Shown: positions 8,970 through 18,431, counted from the stretch's first letter. The stretch is DNA of 64,000 bases from Promethearchaeota archaeon (GCA_048937405.1 JBHLNF010000006.1:128001-192000); one strand, 5' to 3'. Notes: generated by a model from the sequence alone, not told the origin. A program made the numbers and translations.

Positions 8970-11519
8970 ATGGATATTTATTCAATTTTATCTCATCCAT
9001 TTAGGAGGAAAATTTTATTTCTTTTAGATAAAGAAGGATATATCCCTTATACTGAATTAATGGAAAAACTTAATTTAGATACAACTGGACAATTAAATTT
9101 CCATCTTAAAAAGATTGGATCATTAATAGATAAAGACAATAAATCATATTTTCTTACAGAAGATGGTAAACGTGTTTTAAAAATTATAAATCTTAATAAA
9201 AGAATTTTATCGGGAGAATATATTGATGAGTATTTTGATTCAAAAGGAAGCGAAATAAGTCGGATTGGAGTAATTATTTGTAATTGCAATACAGAAATTT
9301 CAAATGTAATTGATATTAAAGCACTTGAAAATTATGTGAATAAATTAAAAAAAGTAGTCTCGGTAAAAATATTTGAAAATCTTTGTCAGCAAAAGAATTT
9401 CGAGAAAATTCAAAATTGGGTAAAAGATAATTTTATAAATAAAATAGTAATAGCTGCTTGTTCTCCCAAAACTCACCAAAATCTTTTTGAAAGAATTTTT
9501 GAAGATATTATTGATCATACAAATATAGAATTTGCTAACATTAGAGAACAATGTTGCTGGGTACATCAACCGCAAATAGATCAAAATTTCCCTTTACTTT
9601 CTCTAGAAAAAGCGAAATTATTAATTGAAGCAGCTGTAGAACGCGTAAATTTTCAAAAAAAATTAAAAGTAAAGAGAGTTGAAGTTGAGAAAAGTTGTGC
9701 TATTTTAGGTGGTGGAATTGCAGGCATAACTCTCGCTTTAAACTTAGCACGATCCGGAATAAAAGTATATCTTATTGAAAAATCACCAACATTGGGGGGT
9801 AAGGTAGCTAGATGGCACAAAATTCATAATATGGGCGATTGTTCAATATGTTTTATTTCTGAATTAATAGCGGAATTAGTTAATGAAAAGAATATAAAAA
9901 TATATACAAATACAGAAATAGAGAACGTATCAGGAGAAGTAGGGAATTTCACAATTAATATGATTAAGAAACCTCGGTATGTTGATGTAAAAAAATGTAC
10001 TGGATGTAAACAATGTATATCTGTTTGTAGTATAGAAAAACCAAATCAATATGAATTTGGGTTAAGCAATCGAAAAATAATATATATTCCATTTATACAT
10101 TCTTATCCTTATGCACCTTTAATTGATGAGGAAGATTTAAAAAATTGTCTTAATTGTAAGATTTGTGAACGTGCTTGCGTAAATAAAGCAATAGATTTAA
10201 GTCAGAAAGAAGAGAAAATTGAAATAAGAGTCGGTACTAAAGTTATCGCTATTGGATCTGATTTTTATAAAGATTTAAAAGAATATCATTATAATCCCAA
10301 AAAAAATATAATAACATCACCAGAATTTGAGCGCCTTTTAGCTTCTGATGGTTTAACTGAGGGAAAACTCAGAAAGATATCAGATAAAAGTCCCGTAAAT
10401 TCGATTTCAATAATTCAGGAAGTTGGTCCATCAAAATATCTAGCAGAGTTCTCTGAAAATTTAGCAGAAAAATATATTGAGGATGTTAAAATAAGAAATC
10501 CTCATTGTGAAGTAAATGTTTTCTATGATTTAAGTAAATTAAAGAATAGGGATGAAATTTTGTTAAGATCTACAAACCCTAGATTTATTTATGCCAATAA
10601 AATTAGTATTAAATCTACTAAGGATGTGAATTACGTTATTGCTGATAACATAGAATTTCAAAGCGATTTGATAGTTTTAAATATAAAATATATCCCCAAT
10701 GAAGATTTAAAAAATCTTAGACAATATATGGATTTTACACTAAATTTCAATGGATTTATGAGTGAAGACACGTTAGCATCGGGAATTTATGGTGTTGGAA
10801 CTATCTTTGGTCCTTTAAATTATAAATCCACAATTTCAACAGTTAATAATGTTGCTTTAAAAGTAATTTCATTACTTTCTAAAGAATATTTAATAGCAGA
10901 ATTTACTGGAATTGAAATAAATGAAAATAGATGTGGTTTATGCGGTTTATGTTTAAAAATATGTCCTTATAATGCCATCACAATAGAGGGAGATAAAATT
11001 ACCATAGATAAATTCAAATGTAAAGGTGGCGGTACATGTGCTAGTATCTGTCCTACCAATGCTATAGATCTAAACATAGATACTTCTGAGAAAATCTTGA
11101 GAACAATTAGAATTTTCTCAAAATTCAGATCAAGTCCAAAAATCATTGCCTTTTGTTGTGCTTCTTGTGGATATGCTGCTGCGGATGATGCAGGGCTTAA
11201 GAAAATTTCCTATACTCCAAATATTTTCATCATAAGAGTGCCCTGTACGGGTCGTATTGATACAAATTTTATTATTAAATCATTTGAACTCGGTTTCGAT
11301 GGAGTTATGATAATTGGTTGCAGACAAGATGCTTGTCGGTATATAGATGGAGTAAAAAAGATAGAAAACAAAATTAGACTATTAACAAATGTTATAGCTA
11401 CAAAGTATAAAGATCGAATAATCCTTGAACATTTGAATGCTGTTGAAGGAAATAAATTTGCTGAGATTGCCAATAAATTCTATAATAACCTATTGGAGGA
11501 GATTAAATATGAAACCTAG
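8970..11519 (+). CDS. ArsR-like winged-helix - degenerate HdrA - MvhD fusion protein
   Basis: N-term LSHPFRRKIL..YTELMEKL..TGQLNFHLKKI..YFLTEDG (wHTH); ICNC, AACSP, REQCCWVH, GGGIAG, ferredoxin motifs (HdrA); FCCASCGY, RVPCTGR, GCRQDACRY (MvhD). Confidence 0.85.
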   Translation: MDIYSILSHPFRRKILFLLDKEGYIPYTELMEKLNLDTTGQLNFHLKKIGSLIDKDNKSYFLTEDGKRVLKIINLNKRILSGEYIDEYFDSKGSEISRIGVIICNCNTEISNVIDIKALENYVNKLKKVVSVKIFENLCQQKNFEKIQNWVKDNFINKIVIAACSPKTHQNLFERIFEDIIDHTNIEFANIREQCCWVHQPQIDQNFPLLSLEKAKLLIEAAVERVNFQKKLKVKRVEVEKSCAILGGGIAGITLALNLARSGIKVYLIEKSPTLGGKVARWHKIHNMGDCSICFISELIAELVNEKNIKIYTNTEIENVSGEVGNFTINMIKKPRYVDVKKCTGCKQCISVCSIEKPNQYEFGLSNRKIIYIPFIHSYPYAPLIDEEDLKNCLNCKICERACVNKAIDLSQKEEKIEIRVGTKVIAIGSDFYKDLKEYHYNPKKNIITSPEFERLLASDGLTEGKLRKISDKSPVNSISIIQEVGPSKYLAEFSENLAEKYIEDVKIRNPHCEVNVFYDLSKLKNRDEILLRSTNPRFIYANKISIKSTKDVNYVIADNIEFQSDLIVLNIKYIPNEDLKNLRQYMDFTLNFNGFMSEDTLASGIYGVGTIFGPLNYKSTISTVNNVALKVISLLSKEYLIAEFTGIEINENRCGLCGLCLKICPYNAITIEGDKITIDKFKCKGGGTCASICPTNAIDLNIDTSEKILRTIRIFSKFRSSPKIIAFCCASCGYAAADDAGLKKISYTPNIFIIRVPCTGRIDTNFIIKSFELGFDGVMIIGCRQDACRYIDGVKKIENKIRLLTNVIATKYKDRIILEHLNAVEGNKFAEIANKFYNNLLEEIKYET

Positions 11520-12267
11520 ATTCAATATAATTTCTCTAACATCATGTACAGGATGCATATCAACTCTTATGTCTTTAGATATTTTTCCTCAATTTCTTGA
11601 AAGAACAAAAATAAATTATTTTCCATTTATTTTAGATGCAGACGATGTTGAAAATTGCGAAATTGCACTAGTAGAAGGATGTATTTCTGAAGAAACACAA
11701 ATATCTCTTATTAGAAAAATAAGAAAAAGTGCTAAAAAAGTAATTGCTTTAGGAACTTGTGCCTGCTTTGGTGGAGTTTTAAGCCTTTCTAATTCAAAAC
11801 AAGCAGAGCCTCTATCTAACCATATTGAAATTGATGGTATGATTCCTGGTTGTCCTCCTCCATCTAAATTTTTTGGAAATTGTTTAATCAACTTGGTTGG
11901 AAATAAAGATATAATATTATCCGAAAAGAATATGTGTGCAAATTGCCCAATAAGGGAAAATCTAGAAATTAATTCTAATATAAATATAACTAAAATAAAT
12001 CCTAATCCTGAAGAAATTAGAGTAGATGAAGAAAACTGTAATTGTTTTTTAAATAATGGTATTTTATGTTTAGGTCCAATAACTCGTGAAGGTTGCGAAC
12101 ATAAATGTATAAAAATGGGGCTTCCTTGCGAAGGATGTATGGGGCCTGTATCAAAAGATTTTACATCTAATGTTGTAAATTATTTGAGTTTAATAGAACT
12201 TTCTCAAGACTTAAAAAATTATACTGGAATTTTTTATCGATTTTCGAAACCAAAAATTAATAGGTAA
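11509..12267 (+). CDS. mvhG: [NiFe] hydrogenase small subunit, MvhG-like (group 3)
   Basis: SCTGC, VEG, GTCACFGG, IPGCPP, CANC, CLGPIT..GC...C......CEGC; ATG 11509 overlaps the end of the upstream gene. Confidence 0.85.
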   Translation: MKPRFNIISLTSCTGCISTLMSLDIFPQFLERTKINYFPFILDADDVENCEIALVEGCISEETQISLIRKIRKSAKKVIALGTCACFGGVLSLSNSKQAEPLSNHIEIDGMIPGCPPPSKFFGNCLINLVGNKDIILSEKNMCANCPIRENLEINSNINITKINPNPEEIRVDEENCNCFLNNGILCLGPITREGCEHKCIKMGLPCEGCMGPVSKDFTSNVVNYLSLIELSQDLKNYTGIFYRFSKPKINR

Positions 12268-12272
12268 AATTA

Positions 12273-13577
12273 ATGCTTAAAATTGTAAATGTTTGTACGC
12301 GTGTTGAAGGTCATGGAGAAGTTAAAATTATGCTTCAAAATGATGGAGTATCCTTAGCAAATTTTGAATTTCCAGTTTATCGGGGATTTGAAAAATTTCT
12401 AATTGGTAAAAAGCTGCTTGATATTCCTAAATTTGTATCTCGAATATGCGGTTTATGTTATGCTTCTCAAGCAATTGCAAGTTGCAAAACATTAGAAAAT
12501 ATTTACAATTTAGAAATTTCAGAACAAAGCATTAATTTAAGACGCCTTTTAATGGCTGCGGAATTAATAAAATCTCATTCTATGAATTTTTTCTTTCAAA
12601 CTATGCCAGATCTTTTAAAAATTTTTAAAATTACTCAAAAAACTTTATCTCCGTATGAATTAATCAAATTTAATCCTCAATTAACGTCAAATTTATATGA
12701 TTTAATTAAATTTGGAAGTGAAATAAATGAGTTATTTGGTGGTAGATCTGTTCACTTAATTTCAATTGTTCCTGGAGGCGTTATTTATTCTCCTTCTCGA
12801 AAATTAATTTCATTATCTCAAAAATATTTTCAAAAAGCTTTAACCGTTATAGAATGGATCATAGAAGAATTTATCCAATTATTTGCTGATAAAACTCCTC
12901 CAAGAGAATTTAATTTACCGGATTTTATTTGTTTAGCACAAAATAATCATGGTATATATGATCGATATTCTGGCTCATTAAGAATTAAAGAAGAAGACAA
13001 GAACTTAATAGAATTTGAAGCCCAAAACTTCTCTACCTATTTTAGTAAAGAGATAAATCTCCGAGGCATTGATTTTTATTTCGAAAATAAAAAGAATTTA
13101 ATAGTTGGACCTTTCTCACGTTATAATCTTATTGAGAATTATGAATTGGATCAAATCGATACTTATATTGAATACTTTAATAAATCTTGGAAAAAGAATT
13201 TATTATTCATTAATTTTTTGAGATTACTAGAAATATATATTGAATCTTATAAAAGTATACAAATATTGGAGGAACCTTCATTAAACGTTAAGAAAAATCT
13301 TCCTCCTCTAGATGCTATTAAGAAGAATGAGGGTATTGGTGTTATTGAAGCCCCAAGAGGAACTTTAATACATAATTATCATTTAAATAAAAACAATAGT
13401 ATTGATAGAATAAAACTATTTATTGCTACTGAGTTTAATATTCCACTTCTTGATCAAATGATAACTAAATATGCTCAAGAACTATTCGACAAAACTGGTG
13501 ATATTAAATTAGTAGAAAAAGAAGTACAGATGATAATTAGAACCTTTGATCCTTGTATTTCATGTGCTACGCATTAA
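12273..13577 (+). CDS. mvhA: [NiFe] hydrogenase large subunit, MvhA-like (group 3), without C-terminal extension
   Basis: TRVEGH, RGFE, RICGLC (L1), EAPRG, DPCISCATH-stop (L2). Confidence 0.9.
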   Translation: MLKIVNVCTRVEGHGEVKIMLQNDGVSLANFEFPVYRGFEKFLIGKKLLDIPKFVSRICGLCYASQAIASCKTLENIYNLEISEQSINLRRLLMAAELIKSHSMNFFFQTMPDLLKIFKITQKTLSPYELIKFNPQLTSNLYDLIKFGSEINELFGGRSVHLISIVPGGVIYSPSRKLISLSQKYFQKALTVIEWIIEEFIQLFADKTPPREFNLPDFICLAQNNHGIYDRYSGSLRIKEEDKNLIEFEAQNFSTYFSKEINLRGIDFYFENKKNLIVGPFSRYNLIENYELDQIDTYIEYFNKSWKKNLLFINFLRLLEIYIESYKSIQILEEPSLNVKKNLPPLDAIKKNEGIGVIEAPRGTLIHNYHLNKNNSIDRIKLFIATEFNIPLLDQMITKYAQELFDKTGDIKLVEKEVQMIIRTFDPCISCATH

Positions 13578-13656
13578 GCTTATAATGTTAGAATTTAAAT
13601 AGACTCAATTTTATGAAAAAAAAAGGAAAGGAATTTATCTATCAGGTTGGAATGAC

Positions 13657-14712
13657 ATGAAGATTAAAAATTTTGCTGACAAAATAAAGATTGTCATCAT
13701 AATAGTGCTTTTAATTTTTTCATCTATACTGAATTACATATTCCAAATAGTTTTAGAAATTAACATCTTTTTTTCACATTTTTTCTATATTCCAACAATT
13801 CTAGCTTGTTTCTGGTGGAAAAGGTATGGCTTATTTATACCTATATATTTAGCAGTCTCACTAATTTTATTTCCCTTTTTTTTTGGTATAATTATTGATT
13901 ATTTACATAATTTAGAACAAATCCTTCGAGCTATAATGATTATAATTGTTGGTATTATAGTTAGTGTTCTAAGTGAACATATTTCAAAAACTAAAGAATT
14001 TACAAAAGCTTATAGTAATATTCTTTTTTATAGAGATTTAATTAGCCATGATATGAACAACATCTTTCAGAATATTTTGTCATCTACAGAACTACATTCA
14101 ATTATAAAAAAAAATAGCAATATTGTTGATGAGCAAGATGAATTAATTAAAATAATAAGAGATCAATGTTTTAGAGGAGTTAGATTAACTTTAAATGTAC
14201 AAAATCTAACAAAATTAGAAGATTCTCAATTTTATTTAAAAAAAGTAAATTTAAAAGAAATACTCAATGAATCGATTAAAAATATTAAAAATTATTACCA
14301 GGATAAAGAAATAACATTTGATATAGAGGCACCAAATAAAATACTTTGGATTAAAGCAAATGAATTATTATCTGAAATATTCATTAACTTATTTATTAAT
14401 TCTGTGAAATATAATGAAAGCCCTATCGTAGAAATCAAGATAAAGGTCTCGAATGAAAAAATTAATAGTCTAGATTATTTAAAAATTGAAGTTAAGGATA
14501 ATGGAATTGGAATTCCTGATGAACGTAAAAAAATTATATTTGAGAGAAGAAATAAGAAAAATAAGTATTCTAAAGGAATGGGAATTGGACTATCAATTGT
14601 TAAAGGAATCCTTAATAAATATAATGGAAAAATTTGGGTTGAAGATAAAGTATTTGGAGATTATTCAAAAGGGAGTAATTTCATTATATTAATTCCTCAA
14701 GCTTTTGACTAA
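13657..14712 (+). CDS. Membrane sensor histidine kinase
   Basis: ~4 TM N-terminus, H-box SHDMNN, NLFINSVKY, DNGIGI, GMGIGL. Confidence 0.9.
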   Translation: MKIKNFADKIKIVIIIVLLIFSSILNYIFQIVLEINIFFSHFFYIPTILACFWWKRYGLFIPIYLAVSLILFPFFFGIIIDYLHNLEQILRAIMIIIVGIIVSVLSEHISKTKEFTKAYSNILFYRDLISHDMNNIFQNILSSTELHSIIKKNSNIVDEQDELIKIIRDQCFRGVRLTLNVQNLTKLEDSQFYLKKVNLKEILNESIKNIKNYYQDKEITFDIEAPNKILWIKANELLSEIFINLFINSVKYNESPIVEIKIKVSNEKINSLDYLKIEVKDNGIGIPDERKKIIFERRNKKNKYSKGMGIGLSIVKGILNKYNGKIWVEDKVFGDYSKGSNFIILIPQAFD

Positions 14713-15126
14713 AATTTTTGTATGAAATTATAATGATTGAATTTCAAAAAATTCATGATAAGAACCACAATATTTAATTTTTCAATGATGTTCAATATTG
14801 AAAGATTAAATGTTATTTTCTACTAATTTTATAATTTAAGATCAAAAATAGGGTTAAAAAAATAGTAAAATTGCAATATATTATGATCATAAAGAATGAT
14901 ATTTTATTATTTCCGCAATATTTCTTCATAATAAATTACATTCAAGTTATCATTCTTAGATGATTTATTGACTATCAGTAATCTTATGCCTTATTGCATA
15001 AATCTTATATACATAAAATGATACATAATATATGAAGAAACAAACAAAATAGAAATACTCCATCAAAATATTTTATCAAAATCAATAAAGAACTTTTTAA
15101 AAAAATAAATAAGTGAAAGATATAAT

Positions 15127-15657
15127 TTGAGATTACTCCCAGAATTTTTTCAGATCTATGTATTATACATTGATAGAGTTAAGGGTGTAATTCCAATTTT
15201 AATTTTTTCAAATAAATTTACTCAAAAAAATAAAATGCAAATATTTCTAATAAAATTTCACCCAATTAGGTTTCTTGATCCAGAAAATGAAACAGATTCT
15301 GAGCAAATTAATCTAATTTATAATGGAGAAGTCTATTATGCTAAAAGAGTTAAGCTTAAAATTAAGGACAAAAATTTTGAAAAAGCATATATTATACTCA
15401 TATTGAAAAAGGAATTGAGCATTTATGGCACTGATTTACTTAATATTATAACAGATATAATCAAAAAAAATTTTTCATATTCTTTAAATAACTATTTAAA
15501 ATCTGAAATTTTAAAGGAAGATTTGATAAAATCTTCCAGAAGAGAAGAGATTATAAAAGAAGGTAAAATTGTTAAAGAAAATATTAAAAAACAACTAAGA
15601 AAAATTTGTGAAAAATATTTTGAGTCAGTTATATATTCTTTAGAAAAAATCTATTAA
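15127..15657 (+). CDS. Hypothetical protein, short paralogue of 29805..30854 (uDENN/longin-like)
   Basis: YVLYIDRVKGVIPILIF..KFHPIRFL matches YVMFFDEKRGQVPLLMY..NFHPVWFL. Confidence 0.6.
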   Translation: MRLLPEFFQIYVLYIDRVKGVIPILIFSNKFTQKNKMQIFLIKFHPIRFLDPENETDSEQINLIYNGEVYYAKRVKLKIKDKNFEKAYIILILKKELSIYGTDLLNIITDIIKKNFSYSLNNYLKSEILKEDLIKSSRREEIIKEGKIVKENIKKQLRKICEKYFESVIYSLEKIY

Positions 15658-15679
15658 ATTTTTAAATAAAAAAAATGAG

Positions 15680-16138
15680 GTGGTAAAAATATATAAGAAA
15701 ATATTATTCGCAACTGATGGGTCACCCTGTTCAGAGGAAATTTCTAAAAAAATTGTTGAATTTCAGAAAGAATGGAATTGTAAAGTAGTAATTTTTCACT
15801 CAATAAAGGATCATACATTCTTTCCAATAGTCAATTTTGATAAAAATCGTTTATTATCGGATTATAGAAATAATGAAGATCTTCATAATGAATTAGGAAA
15901 AAGGATATTAAAAGAAACTGGGAAAATATTTGAAAGATTAGATATTCCTATAGAGCTACGATTAATTAAAAAGGAGAATTCGGCAAACTATATTAAAAGA
16001 ATAATAAAAGAAGAGAAATTTGATCTTGTAATTATATGTATGGAAGGGTATCATAATAAATCAAAAATGTTATTCTTACCAACAGACTTTTCTAGAGTAT
16101 TAGAAGAAAATTCATGTGATATTTTAATTGTTCCTTAA
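15680..16138 (+). CDS. Universal stress protein (UspA family)
   Basis: YKKILFATDGS...FDLVII...CDILIV. Confidence 0.88.
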   Translation: MVKIYKKILFATDGSPCSEEISKKIVEFQKEWNCKVVIFHSIKDHTFFPIVNFDKNRLLSDYRNNEDLHNELGKRILKETGKIFERLDIPIELRLIKKENSANYIKRIIKEEKFDLVIICMEGYHNKSKMLFLPTDFSRVLEENSCDILIVP

Positions 16139-16153
16139 TTTTTTTTTTTAATT

Positions 16154-17029
16154 TTAAAAGGTTATTTTATGAGACATTTTAAATATATCTATAAAACTTG
16201 AGACATGTATTGGTGATTGGATACCATCTAATGTTTTAATTTCTTCATTAATAAACTTCCAAAGATCTTTTTCGTTTTTCGCAATAATTTTTACTAATAA
16301 ATTATGATCTCCTGTAGAGGACGCAACCAATTGTATTTCATCATATTTTGAGAGTTTTTTAGCGGTATTGTCAGATTTCAACGGATCTACAGAAAGACCC
16401 AGAATGGCTATTGAATTATACCCCACTTTAAAAGGATCCACAAATGTATCAAATTTCTTTATGATACCCTCTTTTACCATATTTTGTACTCGATTATGTA
16501 TAGTACTGGCAGCTAAATTCACTTTTTTACTTAGATCTTTATAAGAGATTTTATAATTTTCTTGTAGAAAATTAAGAATTTCTTTATCTTTTTCATCGAA
16601 TATCGCTCTAGGAGTTTTTTCTATTATCTTTTCAGTTTCACTTTTATGTCTTTCAATAGCATATGTAATCGCTCGTGTTAAACTTCCTTCATTTAATTCA
16701 TCCTTTACGATATAGTCTTGAGCTCCTTTTTGAAGAGTTTTTAGTGCAAAGTCCTTATCATCTAATCCAGTTAAAACAATTATAGGAATAGTGCTACTAT
16801 TGTTTAAAACATTTTCTAGAGTATTTTCTCTATCACTATCTGGTAAGGTTAAATCTAACAAAATAATATCAAAATCTTTGGACCTAAGACGATTCATACC
16901 TTCAGAAAGTCTAGGTTTAGAATCTAAATCGAATTTAAAGTCTTCAGAGGTTTTCAGTAATTCTTCAATAAGACGTACATCAGCTTTATTATCTTCAATT
17001 AAGAGAATTTCAATCTTGTCTTTCCCTAT
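16154..17029 (-). CDS. Response regulator: REC domain fused to Lrp/AsnC HTH + RAM domain (probable ATA start)
   Basis: Frame extends 44 codons upstream of 16897 to include ILLIEDN; DIILLDLTLPD, VLTG, DYIVK; DEKDKEILNFLQ..STIHNRV..; GGTGA SD followed by ATA. Confidence 0.85.
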   Translation of the reverse strand: MGKDKIEILLIEDNKADVRLIEELLKTSEDFKFDLDSKPRLSEGMNRLRSKDFDIILLDLTLPDSDRENTLENVLNNSSTIPIIVLTGLDDKDFALKTLQKGAQDYIVKDELNEGSLTRAITYAIERHKSETEKIIEKTPRAIFDEKDKEILNFLQENYKISYKDLSKKVNLAASTIHNRVQNMVKEGIIKKFDTFVDPFKVGYNSIAILGLSVDPLKSDNTAKKLSKYDEIQLVASSTGDHNLLVKIIAKNEKDLWKFINEEIKTLDGIQSPIHVSSFIDIFKMSHKITF

Positions 17030-17098
17030 TTTTATTCACCAGAGAACAATTTTTTATGATTAACAGAAATAATTTTTTTAAATGCAAATTCCTTATTC

Positions 17099-17111
17099 TG
17101 AATAATATTCA
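17099..17111. promoter_or_regulatory. Palindrome TGAATAATATTCA, candidate Lrp-family operator
   Basis: Member of the recurring YGAAT-WWW-ATTCR motif; upstream of REC-Lrp. Confidence 0.55.
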
Positions 17112-17220
17112 TTCATCTATTTATATTTATTTCTAACAAATTAAAAATCTATCGAATAAAATCTTACTTTATTAATTAATATTATAATTAAATTCTTATT
17201 CGATAAAATATATTTTATGT

Positions 17221-17233
17221 TGAATATTATTCT
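17221..17233. promoter_or_regulatory. Near-palindrome TGAATATTATTCT, candidate Lrp-family operator
   Basis: Same motif, one mismatch. Confidence 0.45.
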
Positions 17234-17357
17234 TAATAAATAAGAATAATTTATATTTTTATAAAAAAAAACATTTAGTGTTAAGTCTAATTTTTTAATT
17301 TTAAGGATATTTAATTAATATCTCTAAAAAAATCAAAAAAAAATCATATAATTAGAT

Positions 17358-18431
17358 TTGAGGATAATTGAAATGAAATTGAAAAGAAAGGAAGAAAGAA
17401 TGAAAATATTGATTATTTTAATTTTAAATATAATTTCTGTTGTATTAATTTATTATTTCGAGGTAATACTTAAAACATCAATATTAATTGCACATTTTTT
17501 TTATTTTCCTTCAATTTTAGCCTGTTTATGGTGGAAAAGGAAAGGTATATTTATTCCTATTTTTCTAGCGGTAGTATTAGTCCTTTTTAATATTATTCCA
17601 GAAGTAGATTTTTTTAGTATAGAGGTAGTAAATAACTTCTTGAGAGCAATCTCATTAATCATTATTGGAATAATTGTATCATTATTATCTGAGCATATTG
17701 CTAAGGAAGAAATTGAATTTAATGAAATAATGAATGATTTAAAACGTTCTAATGAAGATTTACAACAATTTGCTTACGTAGCATCTCATGATCTACAAGA
17801 ACCCTTAAGAGCAATTGTAAGTTTTTCCCAACTTCTAGAAGAAAGATACAGCGATAAAATTAATAGCAATGGGGCTGAATTTATTCATTTCATCATAGAT
17901 GGAGCAAAGAAAATGAATATTCTTATCAAGGATCTACTCTCATATTCTAGAATCACAACCCAAGCTCAACCTTCAAAATTAACTAATCTTGAGGAGGTTT
18001 TAAAAGAGGCTTTATTTAATTTGCAAGAAGCAATAAAGGAAAGCGATGCAATTATTACTTATGATGAAATGCCAATATTAAAAGTTGATAAAATTCAGTT
18101 TATTCAATTATTTCAAAATCTAATTAGCAATTCTATAAAATTTCGAAAACAAGAATCACCCAAAATACATATAGGAATAAAAAAGATTAATGATAAATGG
18201 TTATTCTCTATAAAAGATAATGGAATAGGAATAGAATCAAAATATTTTAATAAGCTTTTTAATATCTTTTATAGATTACATACTAAAGAAGAATATCCCG
18301 GTACAGGGATAGGATTACCTATATGTAAAAAAATAGTTCAACGTTATGGTGGTGAAATATGGGTAGAATCAGAATATGGGAAAGGCTCAACTTTTTACTT
18401 TACAATTGCACAAGAAAAAAATAGAAATTAA
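17358..18431 (+). CDS. Membrane sensor histidine kinase (Cph1-like transmitter)
   Basis: TM N-terminus, QQFAYVASHDLQEPLR, FQNLISNSIKF, DNGIGI, YPGTGIGL. Confidence 0.92.
   Translation: MRIIEMKLKRKEERMKILIILILNIISVVLIYYFEVILKTSILIAHFFYFPSILACLWWKRKGIFIPIFLAVVLVLFNIIPEVDFFSIEVVNNFLRAISLIIIGIIVSLLSEHIAKEEIEFNEIMNDLKRSNEDLQQFAYVASHDLQEPLRAIVSFSQLLEERYSDKINSNGAEFIHFIIDGAKKMNILIKDLLSYSRITTQAQPSKLTNLEEVLKEALFNLQEAIKESDAIITYDEMPILKVDKIQFIQLFQNLISNSIKFRKQESPKIHIGIKKINDKWLFSIKDNGIGIESKYFNKLFNIFYRLHTKEEYPGTGIGLPICKKIVQRYGGEIWVESEYGKGSTFYFTIAQEKNRN

Noticed and set aside
1-13577. Methanogen origin based on hdr/mvh/frh genes
   Set aside because: No mcr/mtr or hdrBC here, and Asgard-type signature proteins lie in the same window
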